Assembly: GCA_964501365.1 (NCBI GenBank)
Contig: CAZCST010000003.1
Coordinates: forward strand, 1,962 to 65,961
DNA: 64,000 nucleotides
Reading direction: 5' to 3'
DNA from: an uncultured Phycisphaera sp.
GTDB taxonomy: Bacteria > Planctomycetota > Phycisphaerae > UBA1845
Shown here: positions 33,815 to 43,073 of the stretch, one piece after another
How the letters are laid out: each line of letters starts with the position of its first letter
Position numbering within the stretch: position 1 is the first letter of the stretch
Program-made: the position numbers and the translations under genes
Notes under the pieces: generated by a model
The model's input: the letters and a program-made list of their open reading frames with translations, nothing else
What the model was told of the DNA's origin: nothing
Databases searched by the model: none

Positions 33815-35041
33815 ATGCGGATTGGGATTCATCCTGCGATGAAGCGGCACGACGGAGGTATTTACCAATACTCGGTTGCAGTGCTGCGCGCCTTGCGGGG
33901 GCTGACTGACTCTACGGGGCATGAGTTTGTAGTCTTCGCTCACGATATTGGCGAACCGCTTTTCCGTGAAATGGATCACCCAACTTGGATGGTCCGTACG
34001 TTTCGTCCGCCGTGGGCGCCGATATCGTGCATCGATTTGAATGCGGAAAGCGATCCGGATATTCCGCTCGAACAGCCCGACATGCGTGCATGGCTGTTGG
34101 AGTGCGGGGTCGAATTGATGTTGTACACCTCTCCGCACCGCCTTTCCTTCGAGTCGGCCTTGCCGTTTGTAATGGCTGTGCACGACGTGCAGCATCGGAT
34201 TCACCCGGAGTTTCCCGAAGTTTCGGCGGAAGGGGAGTACAGGAAGCGCGAGTACATCTATAAAAATGCGGCGCGTCAGGCGGCCGCGCTGGTGACGAAT
34301 TCGGAAACGGGCCGCCGGCAATTGCTGGACTGTTATGGCGAATACGGGCTTTCGTCGGATCGGATTGCGATACTGCCCTATCCTCCGCCCGAATATGAGG
34401 TCGACCGAGTCAGGCGAAGTGCGGCGGTCGTGTCTGATCGATATTCGCTGCCGGCACGATATCTTTTTTATCCCGCGCAGTTCTGGCCACACAAAAATCA
34501 CCTGGGCCTGATCGAAGCCCTGGGATACCTGCGAAAGCGCCATGGCCTAGTGATTCCGCTCGTACTTACGGGGTCCTCCAGTGGAGTCGTCCGAGAGAGA
34601 CACGTTGCTTTCCTTCGTGACCGGGCTGAGCAATTGGGCGTGGCCGACGACATTCTTTTTCTCGGATATGTGAGTGACGACGACCTGCCGGGGCTTTACG
34701 CGCGGGCCGAGGCGTTGGTCATGCCCACGTTTTTTGGTCCGACCAATCTTCCCGTGCTGGAGGCCTGGGCGCTGGATTGCCCGGTGATTACTTCAGATGT
34801 TCCGGGCAACGGCGAGCAACTTGGGGATGCCGGAATACTCGTGGATCCTGCCAGCGTCGAGGACATCGCAGACGGAATTCATCGCTTGTGGACGCAGCCG
34901 GCATTGCGGCAGTCCCTCATTCAAAACGGTCGGCAGCGGCGTGCGTCGTACACGCTTGAGGATTTTGGTTGCAGACTTCTATCCATTCTGGACGAGGCAG
35001 GGGCTGATTTGACGACCACGGAGCGAGCATCATGCCTGTAG
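33815..35041 (+). CDS. Glycosyltransferase family 1 (GT4-type)
   Basis: YLFYPAQFWPHKNH..LVLTGS..LGYVSDDDLPGLYARAEALVMPTFFGPTNLPVLEAWALDCPVITSDV..GDAGILVDP (E-x7-E region). Confidence 0.85.
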   Translation: MRIGIHPAMKRHDGGIYQYSVAVLRALRGLTDSTGHEFVVFAHDIGEPLFREMDHPTWMVRTFRPPWAPISCIDLNAESDPDIPLEQPDMRAWLLECGVELMLYTSPHRLSFESALPFVMAVHDVQHRIHPEFPEVSAEGEYRKREYIYKNAARQAAALVTNSETGRRQLLDCYGEYGLSSDRIAILPYPPPEYEVDRVRRSAAVVSDRYSLPARYLFYPAQFWPHKNHLGLIEALGYLRKRHGLVIPLVLTGSSSGVVRERHVAFLRDRAEQLGVADDILFLGYVSDDDLPGLYARAEALVMPTFFGPTNLPVLEAWALDCPVITSDVPGNGEQLGDAGILVDPASVEDIADGIHRLWTQPALRQSLIQNGRQRRASYTLEDFGCRLLSILDEAGADLTTTERASCL

Positions 35042-35454
35042 AAACAGCCGTCGAACCGATGGTGGAGCAGTTGGTTCACGATGGGCAGTGCCTGGCCTGC
35101 ATCATTCGCGGGCGGCTTGCCCCGAGTTCCACCCAATTCGTGACACCCAACGATTGGGGTCAGCAGGTGGGGTTCATCGTCTACAAGGCGGGCAGTGAAA
35201 TCGCCCGGCACCGGCATCGGCCTCTGGAGCGGCGGATTGTCGGAACCTCGGAAGTGCTGGTCGTGCGGCGCGGTTGCTGTGAAGTGGATCTTTTTACGGA
35301 GTCAGGGACGCTGGTTGGCACGCGACGGCTGCAGGTTGGAGACGTGATTGTCATCGTGTCCGGCGGCCATCGGTATCGAATGGTCGAGGATACGGTCCTG
35401 CTGGAAGTGAAGCAGGGGCCGTACACCGGAGTGGATGAGAAGGAGTATTACTAG
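35032..35454 (+). CDS. Cupin-fold protein (WxcM/sugar ketoisomerase-like)
   Basis: Beta-rich 140-aa protein with IARHRH..E and GDVIVIVSGGHRYRM. It overlaps the GT stop by 10 nt and sits in a glycan cluster. Confidence 0.5.
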   Translation: MPVETAVEPMVEQLVHDGQCLACIIRGRLAPSSTQFVTPNDWGQQVGFIVYKAGSEIARHRHRPLERRIVGTSEVLVVRRGCCEVDLFTESGTLVGTRRLQVGDVIVIVSGGHRYRMVEDTVLLEVKQGPYTGVDEKEYY

Positions 35455-35457
35455 AAA

Positions 35458-36234
35458 ATGTCCACGGTTTTCGGTGAACGATATTCTGCGCTGTACGACT
35501 CCCTCTATCAGGACAAAGATTACGTCGCGGAATGTGATCTGCTGGAGCGGATTTTCAGCGAGTTTGGGACTTTGCCGGTGCGTGACGTGCTGGACCTGGG
35601 GTGCGGTACCGGCGGACACGCGTACGTGCTCGCGGAACGGGGCTACGAGGTTGTGGGCGTGGACCGATCTTTGCCGATGGTGCAACGCGCGCGTCAGAAA
35701 TCACAGGGCGCGGCGGCGATTTCGGATCCGACCTTTCACGTGGCAGATTTGCGTGAGTTTCGCGTCGATCAGTCGTTCAATGCCGTTCTGATGATGTTCG
35801 CCGTACTCGGCTATCAACTGGAAGACTGCGACGTTCTTTCTGCGCTAAAGACTGCTCGGTGCCAGCTTCGTCCGGGCGGCCTGCTCGCGTTTGACTGCTG
35901 GTATGGCCCGGCGGTGGATCGCCAAAGGCCTGGCTCCCGCAGAAAAATCGTTGCCACGGAACAGGGCCGGGCGATTCGAACCTCCTCGACCTCCCAGGAT
36001 TGTGAAAAGAATCTCTGTACAGTCTTGTTTGAAGTGAATGAGGAAGGCGAGGCGGCGAGTTGCACGACACGCGAAACGCACCCGATGCGATATTTTTACC
36101 GGCCTGAACTGGAGGCGTTTCTTAATGACGCCGGCCTGGAGCTATTGCGGCTGGAAGCCCTCCCCGATTTTGACCGTCCGGCGGATGAGGAGAGCTGGAA
36201 CGCGATGGGAGTGGCGCGGGTTGGCGGACGGTGA
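35458..36234 (+). CDS. Class I SAM-dependent methyltransferase
   Basis: Motif I VLDLGCGTGGHAYVLAERGYEVVGVDRS; post-I and motif II-like regions (FNAVLMMF..). Confidence 0.85.
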   Translation: MSTVFGERYSALYDSLYQDKDYVAECDLLERIFSEFGTLPVRDVLDLGCGTGGHAYVLAERGYEVVGVDRSLPMVQRARQKSQGAAAISDPTFHVADLREFRVDQSFNAVLMMFAVLGYQLEDCDVLSALKTARCQLRPGGLLAFDCWYGPAVDRQRPGSRRKIVATEQGRAIRTSSTSQDCEKNLCTVLFEVNEEGEAASCTTRETHPMRYFYRPELEAFLNDAGLELLRLEALPDFDRPADEESWNAMGVARVGGR

Positions 36235-36255
36235 GCGATCGCGCATAGTACGGCC

Positions 36256-36963
36256 GTGAGTTTTCTGGCTGGTTCCTTTGAAGAGACGATTGCCACGACC
36301 CTCGCGGCGTGGCGTATTCCGGTCACGCCCGACCAGCACGCGCTGTTCCGCAGGCATTTCGAGGCCGTGCTACTCGCCAACCAATCCATGAATCTGACTC
36401 GAATCATCGAGCCGAAGGAAGCGGCGGTCAAGCATTACGTTGACAGTCTTGCCATTCTGTTGCTGGAGACGGGCACAGCGTCATCGCATCCCTCATTTGG
36501 ATTGGAACAAAGTCAATTGAAGTTGCTGGACGTTGGGACGGGTGCCGGGTTTCCGGCAGTTCCGATTGCGGTGATGCGACCGGACTGGCAGGTGACGGCC
36601 CTGGATGGAACGAAGAAAAAGACCGAGTTTGTCGGGCGAATTGGGACAGAGCTGGGGTTGAAGAATCTTGTCACCGAGCATGCACACTCGGATCACTGGA
36701 CGACGGTGGGAACTTTTGACGTGGTGACGACGCGGGCGGTGGCGCCTTTGGGGAAATGCATCCGGACATCCGGTCGGTTTCTGAAGAAAGGCGGTAGGCT
36801 CATCGCGTACAAAACCGCGAAGTTGCCGGATGACGAATCTAATGCGGCGCAGGAAGCGTGCGCCGAATTGGACATGAAAATGGAGACTCCGATTTTGTAT
36901 GAGTTGGAATTGAACGCGGAAACAATGTCGCGGGCGTTGTACCTGGTCCGGCGAATTGCGTAG
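36256..36963 (+). CDS. rsmG: 16S rRNA (guanine527-N7)-methyltransferase RsmG
   Basis: ..NQSMNLTRIIEPKEAAVKHYVDSL.. and LLDVGTGAGFPAVPIAV; GTG start. Confidence 0.85.
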   Translation: MSFLAGSFEETIATTLAAWRIPVTPDQHALFRRHFEAVLLANQSMNLTRIIEPKEAAVKHYVDSLAILLLETGTASSHPSFGLEQSQLKLLDVGTGAGFPAVPIAVMRPDWQVTALDGTKKKTEFVGRIGTELGLKNLVTEHAHSDHWTTVGTFDVVTTRAVAPLGKCIRTSGRFLKKGGRLIAYKTAKLPDDESNAAQEACAELDMKMETPILYELELNAETMSRALYLVRRIA

Positions 36964-36974
36964 TCGAGGATTGA

Positions 36975-39116
36975 TTGACCATCCAATCCATCAAACCCAA
37001 TCCGTCATTGGGAGCGCACTGGGACGGGTCCGGTGTCCGCTTTGCGTTGTACTCCGGCGTGGCACACGGGGTGAATCTGTGCCTCTTCGACTCGACAACG
37101 GGCGCAGAAACCCGGCGAATTTCACTGGCCCCGACGAATGATCGCGTCTGGCAGGTGTATGTTCCTGATGCGCGACCGGGTCTGTTGTACGGATATCGAG
37201 TGGATGGCCCATACTTGCCCGACGAGGGATTGCGGTGCAATCCTGCCAAACTGCTACTGGATCCATACGCGAAGGCGATGTCAGGGATTGTCCCGGCGGA
37301 CGATCTGCTGCTGGGCTATGACGTAAACAGGCCTGAAATTGCGGATTCTCGCGACTCCGCGGAGGCCATGCCAAAGTGCGTCGTGGTCGATGAAGGATGG
37401 GACTGGGCCGGCGATCGTCATCCTCGCACACCGTGGGCGGATACGGTCATCTACGAGTGTCACGTCAAAGGGCTGACGAAATTGCATCCGGCCATTGCTC
37501 CCGAATTGCGAGGGACGTACCTGGGACTGGCCTCGCCACCAATCATCGAACATTTGTTGAAGCTCGGCGTCACGGCCGTAGAGATTCTACCCGTGCAATA
37601 CTTCGTGACCGAGCGACGACTCGCCCAATTGGGCCTGGTCAATTATTGGGGCTACAACACGATTGGTTTTTTCGCGCCGGATGTACGTTATGCGACTGCG
37701 CCAATGCGAGCAGTGGCCGAGTTCAAGACGATGGTGCATACGCTGCACAAGGCCGGAATCGAAGTGCTCCTGGATGTGGTCTACAACCACACGGCCGAGG
37801 GTGACGAACTGGGGCCCACGCTTTCGTTTCGCGGCATCGACAACCATGCGTATTACCATCTTGAGCCGGGTGCGCCGGGGCGATATTCGAATTTCACCGC
37901 GTGCGGGAACACCCTGAACGCGCCGCACCCGCGCACGCAACAGCTCATCATGGACAGTCTGCGGTATTGGGTGAGTGAAATGCACGTCGATGGTTTTCGG
38001 TTTGATCTTGCGCCTGCGCTAAGTCGGGAGGCTGGTCATGTCGATCACCACTTGCGATTCTTCAACACCATTCTGCAAGACCCCGTTTTGAAAGAGACCA
38101 AATTGTTGGTGGAACCGTGGGATGCGGGGCCAGGCGGCCATTGGAGCGGACTGTTTCCGGCGGGAATTCGGGAGTGGAATGGGCGGTACCGCGACTGCGT
38201 GCGGAGATTCTGGCGCGGGGACGGCGGGCAACTTGCGGAATTTGCGTCGCGAATAGCGGGGAGCAGCGATATTTTTGCGAGCCAGCGCACCCCGCTGGCG
38301 GGAATAAATTACGTCACGTGCCATGACGGCCACACGCTGCATGACATCGTGAGTTATGCGAGGAAGCACAATTGGGCCAATGGAGAGGCCAATCGTGACG
38401 GACCTGCGGATGATTTCGGCCGGAATTTTGGCGTGGAGGGGGCCACAACGAACGATGAGGTGAACGAAATTCGAGAGCGGGTGAAGAGAAATTTGCTTGC
38501 GACGCTGGCCTTTTCCCAGGGCGTGCCGATGCTCACGGCCGGGGACGAAATGGGCCGCACTCAGATGGGCAACAACAACGCGTATTGCCAGGATAATGAG
38601 ATTTCGTGGGTGGATTGGAATCTCGATGGCGCGAAGACAGCGATGTTGGAGTTTACTCGGCAAATTCTGAGTCTGCGGAAGCAATATCCTTCGCTGCGGA
38701 GAGATGCGTTCTTCACCGGAAAGACAGAGGGAAGTCTTCCGGATGTGATTTGGCTCGATGGGACCGGGCGGGAGCTATCGGAGGCCAAGTGGCGCGATCC
38801 GGAGCGACGAACATTGGGAGTCGTGATGCGACCCACCGCGGGCGGGGCGCACGTGACGCAACAGGGAGCTCACGGAGGTTCCCAATGGGAGATCGGCAGC
38901 AGGCCGGAAACAATGTTGCTCCTGCTGATGAATGCACATGACGACTCTCGGCAGTTCCACCTGCCTCGAGGATTGGAATGGCGCGAAATTCTTTACACGA
39001 ATGACTCACCAGGCGAGGCGGCTTACGAGAACGATCTTGCGCTGACGGGCATGTCGCTGGTCCTGCTGGCCACGGGCGCGAACGAAGGCGATCCTCCTGC
39101 TACAATGCCTGAATGA
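36975..39116 (+). CDS. glgX: Glycogen debranching enzyme GlgX
   Basis: N-terminus LGAHWDGSGVRFALYSGVAHGVNLCLFD. GH13 motifs VLLDVVYNHT, GFRFDLA, EPWD, VTCHDG. Confidence 0.92.
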   Translation: MTIQSIKPNPSLGAHWDGSGVRFALYSGVAHGVNLCLFDSTTGAETRRISLAPTNDRVWQVYVPDARPGLLYGYRVDGPYLPDEGLRCNPAKLLLDPYAKAMSGIVPADDLLLGYDVNRPEIADSRDSAEAMPKCVVVDEGWDWAGDRHPRTPWADTVIYECHVKGLTKLHPAIAPELRGTYLGLASPPIIEHLLKLGVTAVEILPVQYFVTERRLAQLGLVNYWGYNTIGFFAPDVRYATAPMRAVAEFKTMVHTLHKAGIEVLLDVVYNHTAEGDELGPTLSFRGIDNHAYYHLEPGAPGRYSNFTACGNTLNAPHPRTQQLIMDSLRYWVSEMHVDGFRFDLAPALSREAGHVDHHLRFFNTILQDPVLKETKLLVEPWDAGPGGHWSGLFPAGIREWNGRYRDCVRRFWRGDGGQLAEFASRIAGSSDIFASQRTPLAGINYVTCHDGHTLHDIVSYARKHNWANGEANRDGPADDFGRNFGVEGATTNDEVNEIRERVKRNLLATLAFSQGVPMLTAGDEMGRTQMGNNNAYCQDNEISWVDWNLDGAKTAMLEFTRQILSLRKQYPSLRRDAFFTGKTEGSLPDVIWLDGTGRELSEAKWRDPERRTLGVVMRPTAGGAHVTQQGAHGGSQWEIGSRPETMLLLLMNAHDDSRQFHLPRGLEWREILYTNDSPGEAAYENDLALTGMSLVLLATGANEGDPPATMPE

Positions 39117-40996
39117 CGCAGCCAACTGATTTACGAGCGCTGGGGGAGCAGGCGGGGATTCTCGCTGAGTACCTCAATTATGACGGCACTCAGCGAGTCG
39201 TTACGTCCGAAGAGACGTATCAGGCCATCCTCCAGTGCATGGGATATGAAGTTGGCGACAACGAGGCGCTGTTGCGTGCCATTGGTGTTGCAAGCCCCCT
39301 TGATCCTGACAATATCGCAAATCGTCCTGCGCCTGGAAGGTGTGTCTCGACCGCGGAGCGCTCTTCAAAACCGCAACTTCGCGGAATCTGGTGCAATCTG
39401 TATTCCATTCACAGCGCAACCAACTGGGGCGTGGGGGATTTTGGAGATCTGCGGCGGCTCATTGCGTGGGCGGCGGAAATTGGCATGGCATTTGTGGCCA
39501 TCAATCCATTGCATGCACTAAGAAATCGCGGAAGCGATGTCAGCCCCTACAGGCCGGTAAGTCGCCTCTATCGAAACGAGATTTATCTGGAAACGGAGGC
39601 GATCCCTGAGTTTTCCCATTGCGAGCCAGCGCAACAATGGATGGGCTCAGTGGAGTTTCGTCGTCGGCTCGAGCTTACTCGTGAAGGATCGAATGTCGGT
39701 TACGACGCGGTCTCAACGTGGAAACGGGAGATTCTCAAGACGCTGCATCAGACCTTTCAGCAAGTGCATGTCGGCCCAAAAACAAAGCGAGGACAGGAGT
39801 ATGCGGAATACCTGAAACGCGAGGGAGAGGCATTACTTGGTTTCGCCACTTTTATGGCGATCGAAGAGCAGTATTCGACACGGGGTGGAGACGCTATTGG
39901 CTGGTGGCACTGGCCGGGTGGACTTAGCGATTCGCGGTCGACAGAAGTGCAGGAATTCCGGGGCAAGCATGCCGACGAAGTTGATTTTCATTGCTATGTG
40001 CAATTTGAGTTGGACCGCCAGCTTGCTTCACTTGCTCAAATGGCCGAAGACGTTGGGATAGAAATCGGATTGTTTGGCGATCTGGCCATTGGCACTTCGC
40101 CTGACGGAAGCGATCCGTGGGCGTTTCCGGAGTTGTTCCTGCAAGGCATTTCGATCGGTGCGCCGCCCGACGACCTCGGCCCGCATGGCCAGAACTGGGG
40201 CCTGCCGCCGATGCATCCACGCGTGCTTGTGGAATCGGATTTCGCGTATTGGCGGAAACTCTTGCAGAACAACCTCGCCCACATGGGCGCGCTCCGCATC
40301 GATCATGTGATGGGATTATTGCGACAATTCTGGATACCTGACGGATTCGACGGATCGAAAGGAGCATACGTTCGTTTTCCGGCGGAGAGATTGTTCCCCA
40401 TCCTGGCGGAGGAAAGTCAACGAAGCCGCACGGTTATCGTTGGCGAAGATTTGGGTACAGTTCCGGAGGGATTTCGCGACATGTTGCAGCGATTTGGCGT
40501 GCTTTCCACGCGAGTCGTTCAGTTCGAGCGTGACTGGGATGGGTCGTTCAAAGCGGCGGCTGCCTATCCGCACGATGCCTATGTTGTCGTCGAAACGCAT
40601 GACATGGCTCCGCTGGCTGGTTACGCAGAGGGACGCGATCTTGTCATTCGCCGCCAGTTGGGCCTGATCGAGAATGATGCCGAATTGGAGAAATCGCTTC
40701 ATGGCCGACAACGCAATTGGGAAGCGCTGACTTCACGACTCATTCAGGATCGTGTGGGCGATGGTGTTTCGAAGGACGACGTCGGTTCGGTCTGTAGTGC
40801 AACGATCCGATTCCTGGCCAAAACTCCTTCGTCCATGATCGGTATTTCGCTCGACGATCTCGCAGGCGAGCGCGAGCCGGTCAACATTCCCGGAGTCGGG
40901 CAGGACCGGCACCCAAGCTGGTCGCGGAGAATGACCATGACCCTGGAGGAAATCATTTCATCGCCTACCATTCGCAATGCGTTGGCGGGACGTTAG
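39113..40996 (+). CDS. malQ: 4-alpha-glucanotransferase (amylomaltase)
   Basis: WGVGDFGDLRRLIAWAAEIGMAFVAINPLHA, GALRIDHVMGL, VGEDLGTVP. ATGA overlap with the glgX stop. Confidence 0.9.
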   Translation: MTQPTDLRALGEQAGILAEYLNYDGTQRVVTSEETYQAILQCMGYEVGDNEALLRAIGVASPLDPDNIANRPAPGRCVSTAERSSKPQLRGIWCNLYSIHSATNWGVGDFGDLRRLIAWAAEIGMAFVAINPLHALRNRGSDVSPYRPVSRLYRNEIYLETEAIPEFSHCEPAQQWMGSVEFRRRLELTREGSNVGYDAVSTWKREILKTLHQTFQQVHVGPKTKRGQEYAEYLKREGEALLGFATFMAIEEQYSTRGGDAIGWWHWPGGLSDSRSTEVQEFRGKHADEVDFHCYVQFELDRQLASLAQMAEDVGIEIGLFGDLAIGTSPDGSDPWAFPELFLQGISIGAPPDDLGPHGQNWGLPPMHPRVLVESDFAYWRKLLQNNLAHMGALRIDHVMGLLRQFWIPDGFDGSKGAYVRFPAERLFPILAEESQRSRTVIVGEDLGTVPEGFRDMLQRFGVLSTRVVQFERDWDGSFKAAAAYPHDAYVVVETHDMAPLAGYAEGRDLVIRRQLGLIENDAELEKSLHGRQRNWEALTSRLIQDRVGDGVSKDDVGSVCSATIRFLAKTPSSMIGISLDDLAGEREPVNIPGVGQDRHPSWSRRMTMTLEEIISSPTIRNALAGR

Positions 40997-41068
40997 GAGC
41001 AAGAGGTCCTTCGCTTCGCTCAGGATGACGGTTGCCTTCCGGCGGCTTGGATTCTTCTCCGAATCAAT

Positions 41069-41098
41069 CAGCCCTCTTTCCAACTTCGTCGAGGGCTG
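41069..41098 (+). terminator. Possible weak terminator after malQ
   Basis: CAGCCCTC-n14-GAGGGCTG 8-bp stem followed by TATCTTCT. The U tract is poor. Confidence 0.3.
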
Positions 41099-41178
41099 TA
41101 TCTTCTGGCAATCACACGGTCGGTCGATAGATCGGGTGAGGAGTTGTTCGTCCAATAAAGAATTAGTTAAGAGCCAAT

Positions 41179-42906
41179 ATGCCCAACCGACCGTTGACCA
41201 CTATTTCCAAACCAGAGCAGAGAAAGATCGCCTATTTTTCAATGGAAATCGGGCTGGATGCGGCCATGCCCACCTACAGCGGCGGTCTTGGCATGCTGGC
41301 CGGTGATACCGTTCGCTCGGCGGCGGATCTTCGCGTTCCGATGGTGGCGGTGACGCTGTTGTATCGAAAGGGGTATTTCTACCAACGGCTGGATCACAGC
41401 GGGTGGCAGCGTGAGGAGCCGGCCGTCTGGGTGGTGGAGGACTTTCTTGCCGAGCTGCCTGCGCGCGTATCGGTGTCGATCGAAGGCCGCGAAGTCCAGT
41501 TACGGGCGTGGACAAGAAACGTGGTGGGGCAGGACGGTGAATTTCGCGTGCCCGCGATTCTGCTGGACTCCGAATTGCCGGAAAACAGCGACGCAGACCG
41601 AACTCTGACGCATTACCTTTACGGCGGCGATGCCCGGTATCGATTTTGTCAGGAAGTAATCCTGGGCATTGGTGGAGTAAAGATGCTTCGGGCGCTGGGG
41701 TTCACGGGGATCGAACGTCATCACATGAATGAGGGGCACGCGGCTTGTCTTGCCCTTGAGCTGCTCGACGAGCGACTTCGCGATGCGGGACGAAGTGACG
41801 CGACCCGGGAGGACATTGACGCGGTTCGATCTCGATGCGTGTTCACGACGCACACGCCCGTGCCCGCTGGTCACGATAAGTTTCCTCTGGACCTGGTTCG
41901 CGGAGTGCTGGGGGACATGCCGGCACTTGCCAATACGAGTTTGTTTGAGACCGATGGCCAGTTGAACATGACCTTTCTTGCCTTGAATCTGAGCAGCTTT
42001 GTGAACGGCGTCGCGAGGCGGCACGGCGAAGTCGCCCAGCGGATGTTTCCGCAGTTTCGGGTCGATTTCATCACCAATGGTGTTCATGCGACGACCTGGA
42101 CGTCGGCCCCCTTTCAAAACCTGTTCGATCGTCATCTTGTGGGCTGGCGCGCCGATTCATTTGCCCTCCGTGCAGGAAATTCATTGCCATCCGATGAAGT
42201 GTGGACGGCGCACCAGGAGGCCAAGGATCTCCTCGTTCATTTCGTGAACCGGGAAGACAACGTGGGGATGAATTTGGAGACGTTTACGATCGGGTTTGCC
42301 CGGCGTGCGGCCACCTATAAGAGAGTCGGGCTGCTCTTTCACGACGTGGAATGGCTGCGCAGAATCGCTGAAGAGGTCGGCGGGCTTCAGATTATTTTTG
42401 CGGGCAAGGCCCATCCGCACGATGCCCAGGGAAAAGAGCTGATTCAGAGCTTGTTCAGAGCGAAGGAGGCGCTGAGTTCGGCCATCCGGATTTCGTATCT
42501 CGAAAACTACGACATGGAACTGGGCCGACTCATTACATCAGGTGTGGATTTGTGGCTCAACACGCCGCAGGCGCCGCTGGAGGCGTCCGGGACGAGCGGA
42601 ATGAAAGCCGCACTCAATGGTGTTCCTTCGCTCAGCATTGCGGATGGATGGTGGGTGGAAGGCTGCGTGGAAGGGGTCACGGGATGGAACATCGGTGAAG
42701 ACTTTGGCGTAGAGGGGGGGCACGCGGACAATGCGCGGGACGCATCAGCCCTCTATAAGAAGCTCGAACACACCATCCTGCCCATGTTTCATCACGATCA
42801 GTCCGCGTTTATCAACGTGATGCAAAATTGCATCGCGATCAACGGCTCGTACTTCAACACGCATCGCATGATGTATGAATATGTTCTGAAAGCATATTTT
42901 CGCTAG
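41179..42906 (+). CDS. glgP: Alpha-glucan family phosphorylase
   Basis: [35 protein letters not shown].. and [14 protein letters not shown] (PLP-Lys region). Confidence 0.9.
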   Translation: MPNRPLTTISKPEQRKIAYFSMEIGLDAAMPTYSGGLGMLAGDTVRSAADLRVPMVAVTLLYRKGYFYQRLDHSGWQREEPAVWVVEDFLAELPARVSVSIEGREVQLRAWTRNVVGQDGEFRVPAILLDSELPENSDADRTLTHYLYGGDARYRFCQEVILGIGGVKMLRALGFTGIERHHMNEGHAACLALELLDERLRDAGRSDATREDIDAVRSRCVFTTHTPVPAGHDKFPLDLVRGVLGDMPALANTSLFETDGQLNMTFLALNLSSFVNGVARRHGEVAQRMFPQFRVDFITNGVHATTWTSAPFQNLFDRHLVGWRADSFALRAGNSLPSDEVWTAHQEAKDLLVHFVNREDNVGMNLETFTIGFARRAATYKRVGLLFHDVEWLRRIAEEVGGLQIIFAGKAHPHDAQGKELIQSLFRAKEALSSAIRISYLENYDMELGRLITSGVDLWLNTPQAPLEASGTSGMKAALNGVPSLSIADGWWVEGCVEGVTGWNIGEDFGVEGGHADNARDASALYKKLEHTILPMFHHDQSAFINVMQNCIAINGSYFNTHRMMYEYVLKAYFR

Positions 42907-43073
42907 TTCTTTTCCTGTTTTTCAGTTTTCCGCAATAGTCGCCGCCGCGAGAGTTCCAGTGCAATTTTAGAGAAAATGCAACGTTATCGGGCGGTCGCGG
43001 GACTAAACTCTTGGGTTCCGGAATTCTATAATGGGCACGGAGTTGGGATGTCCGTCCTTGGGGGAGAGTTCCG

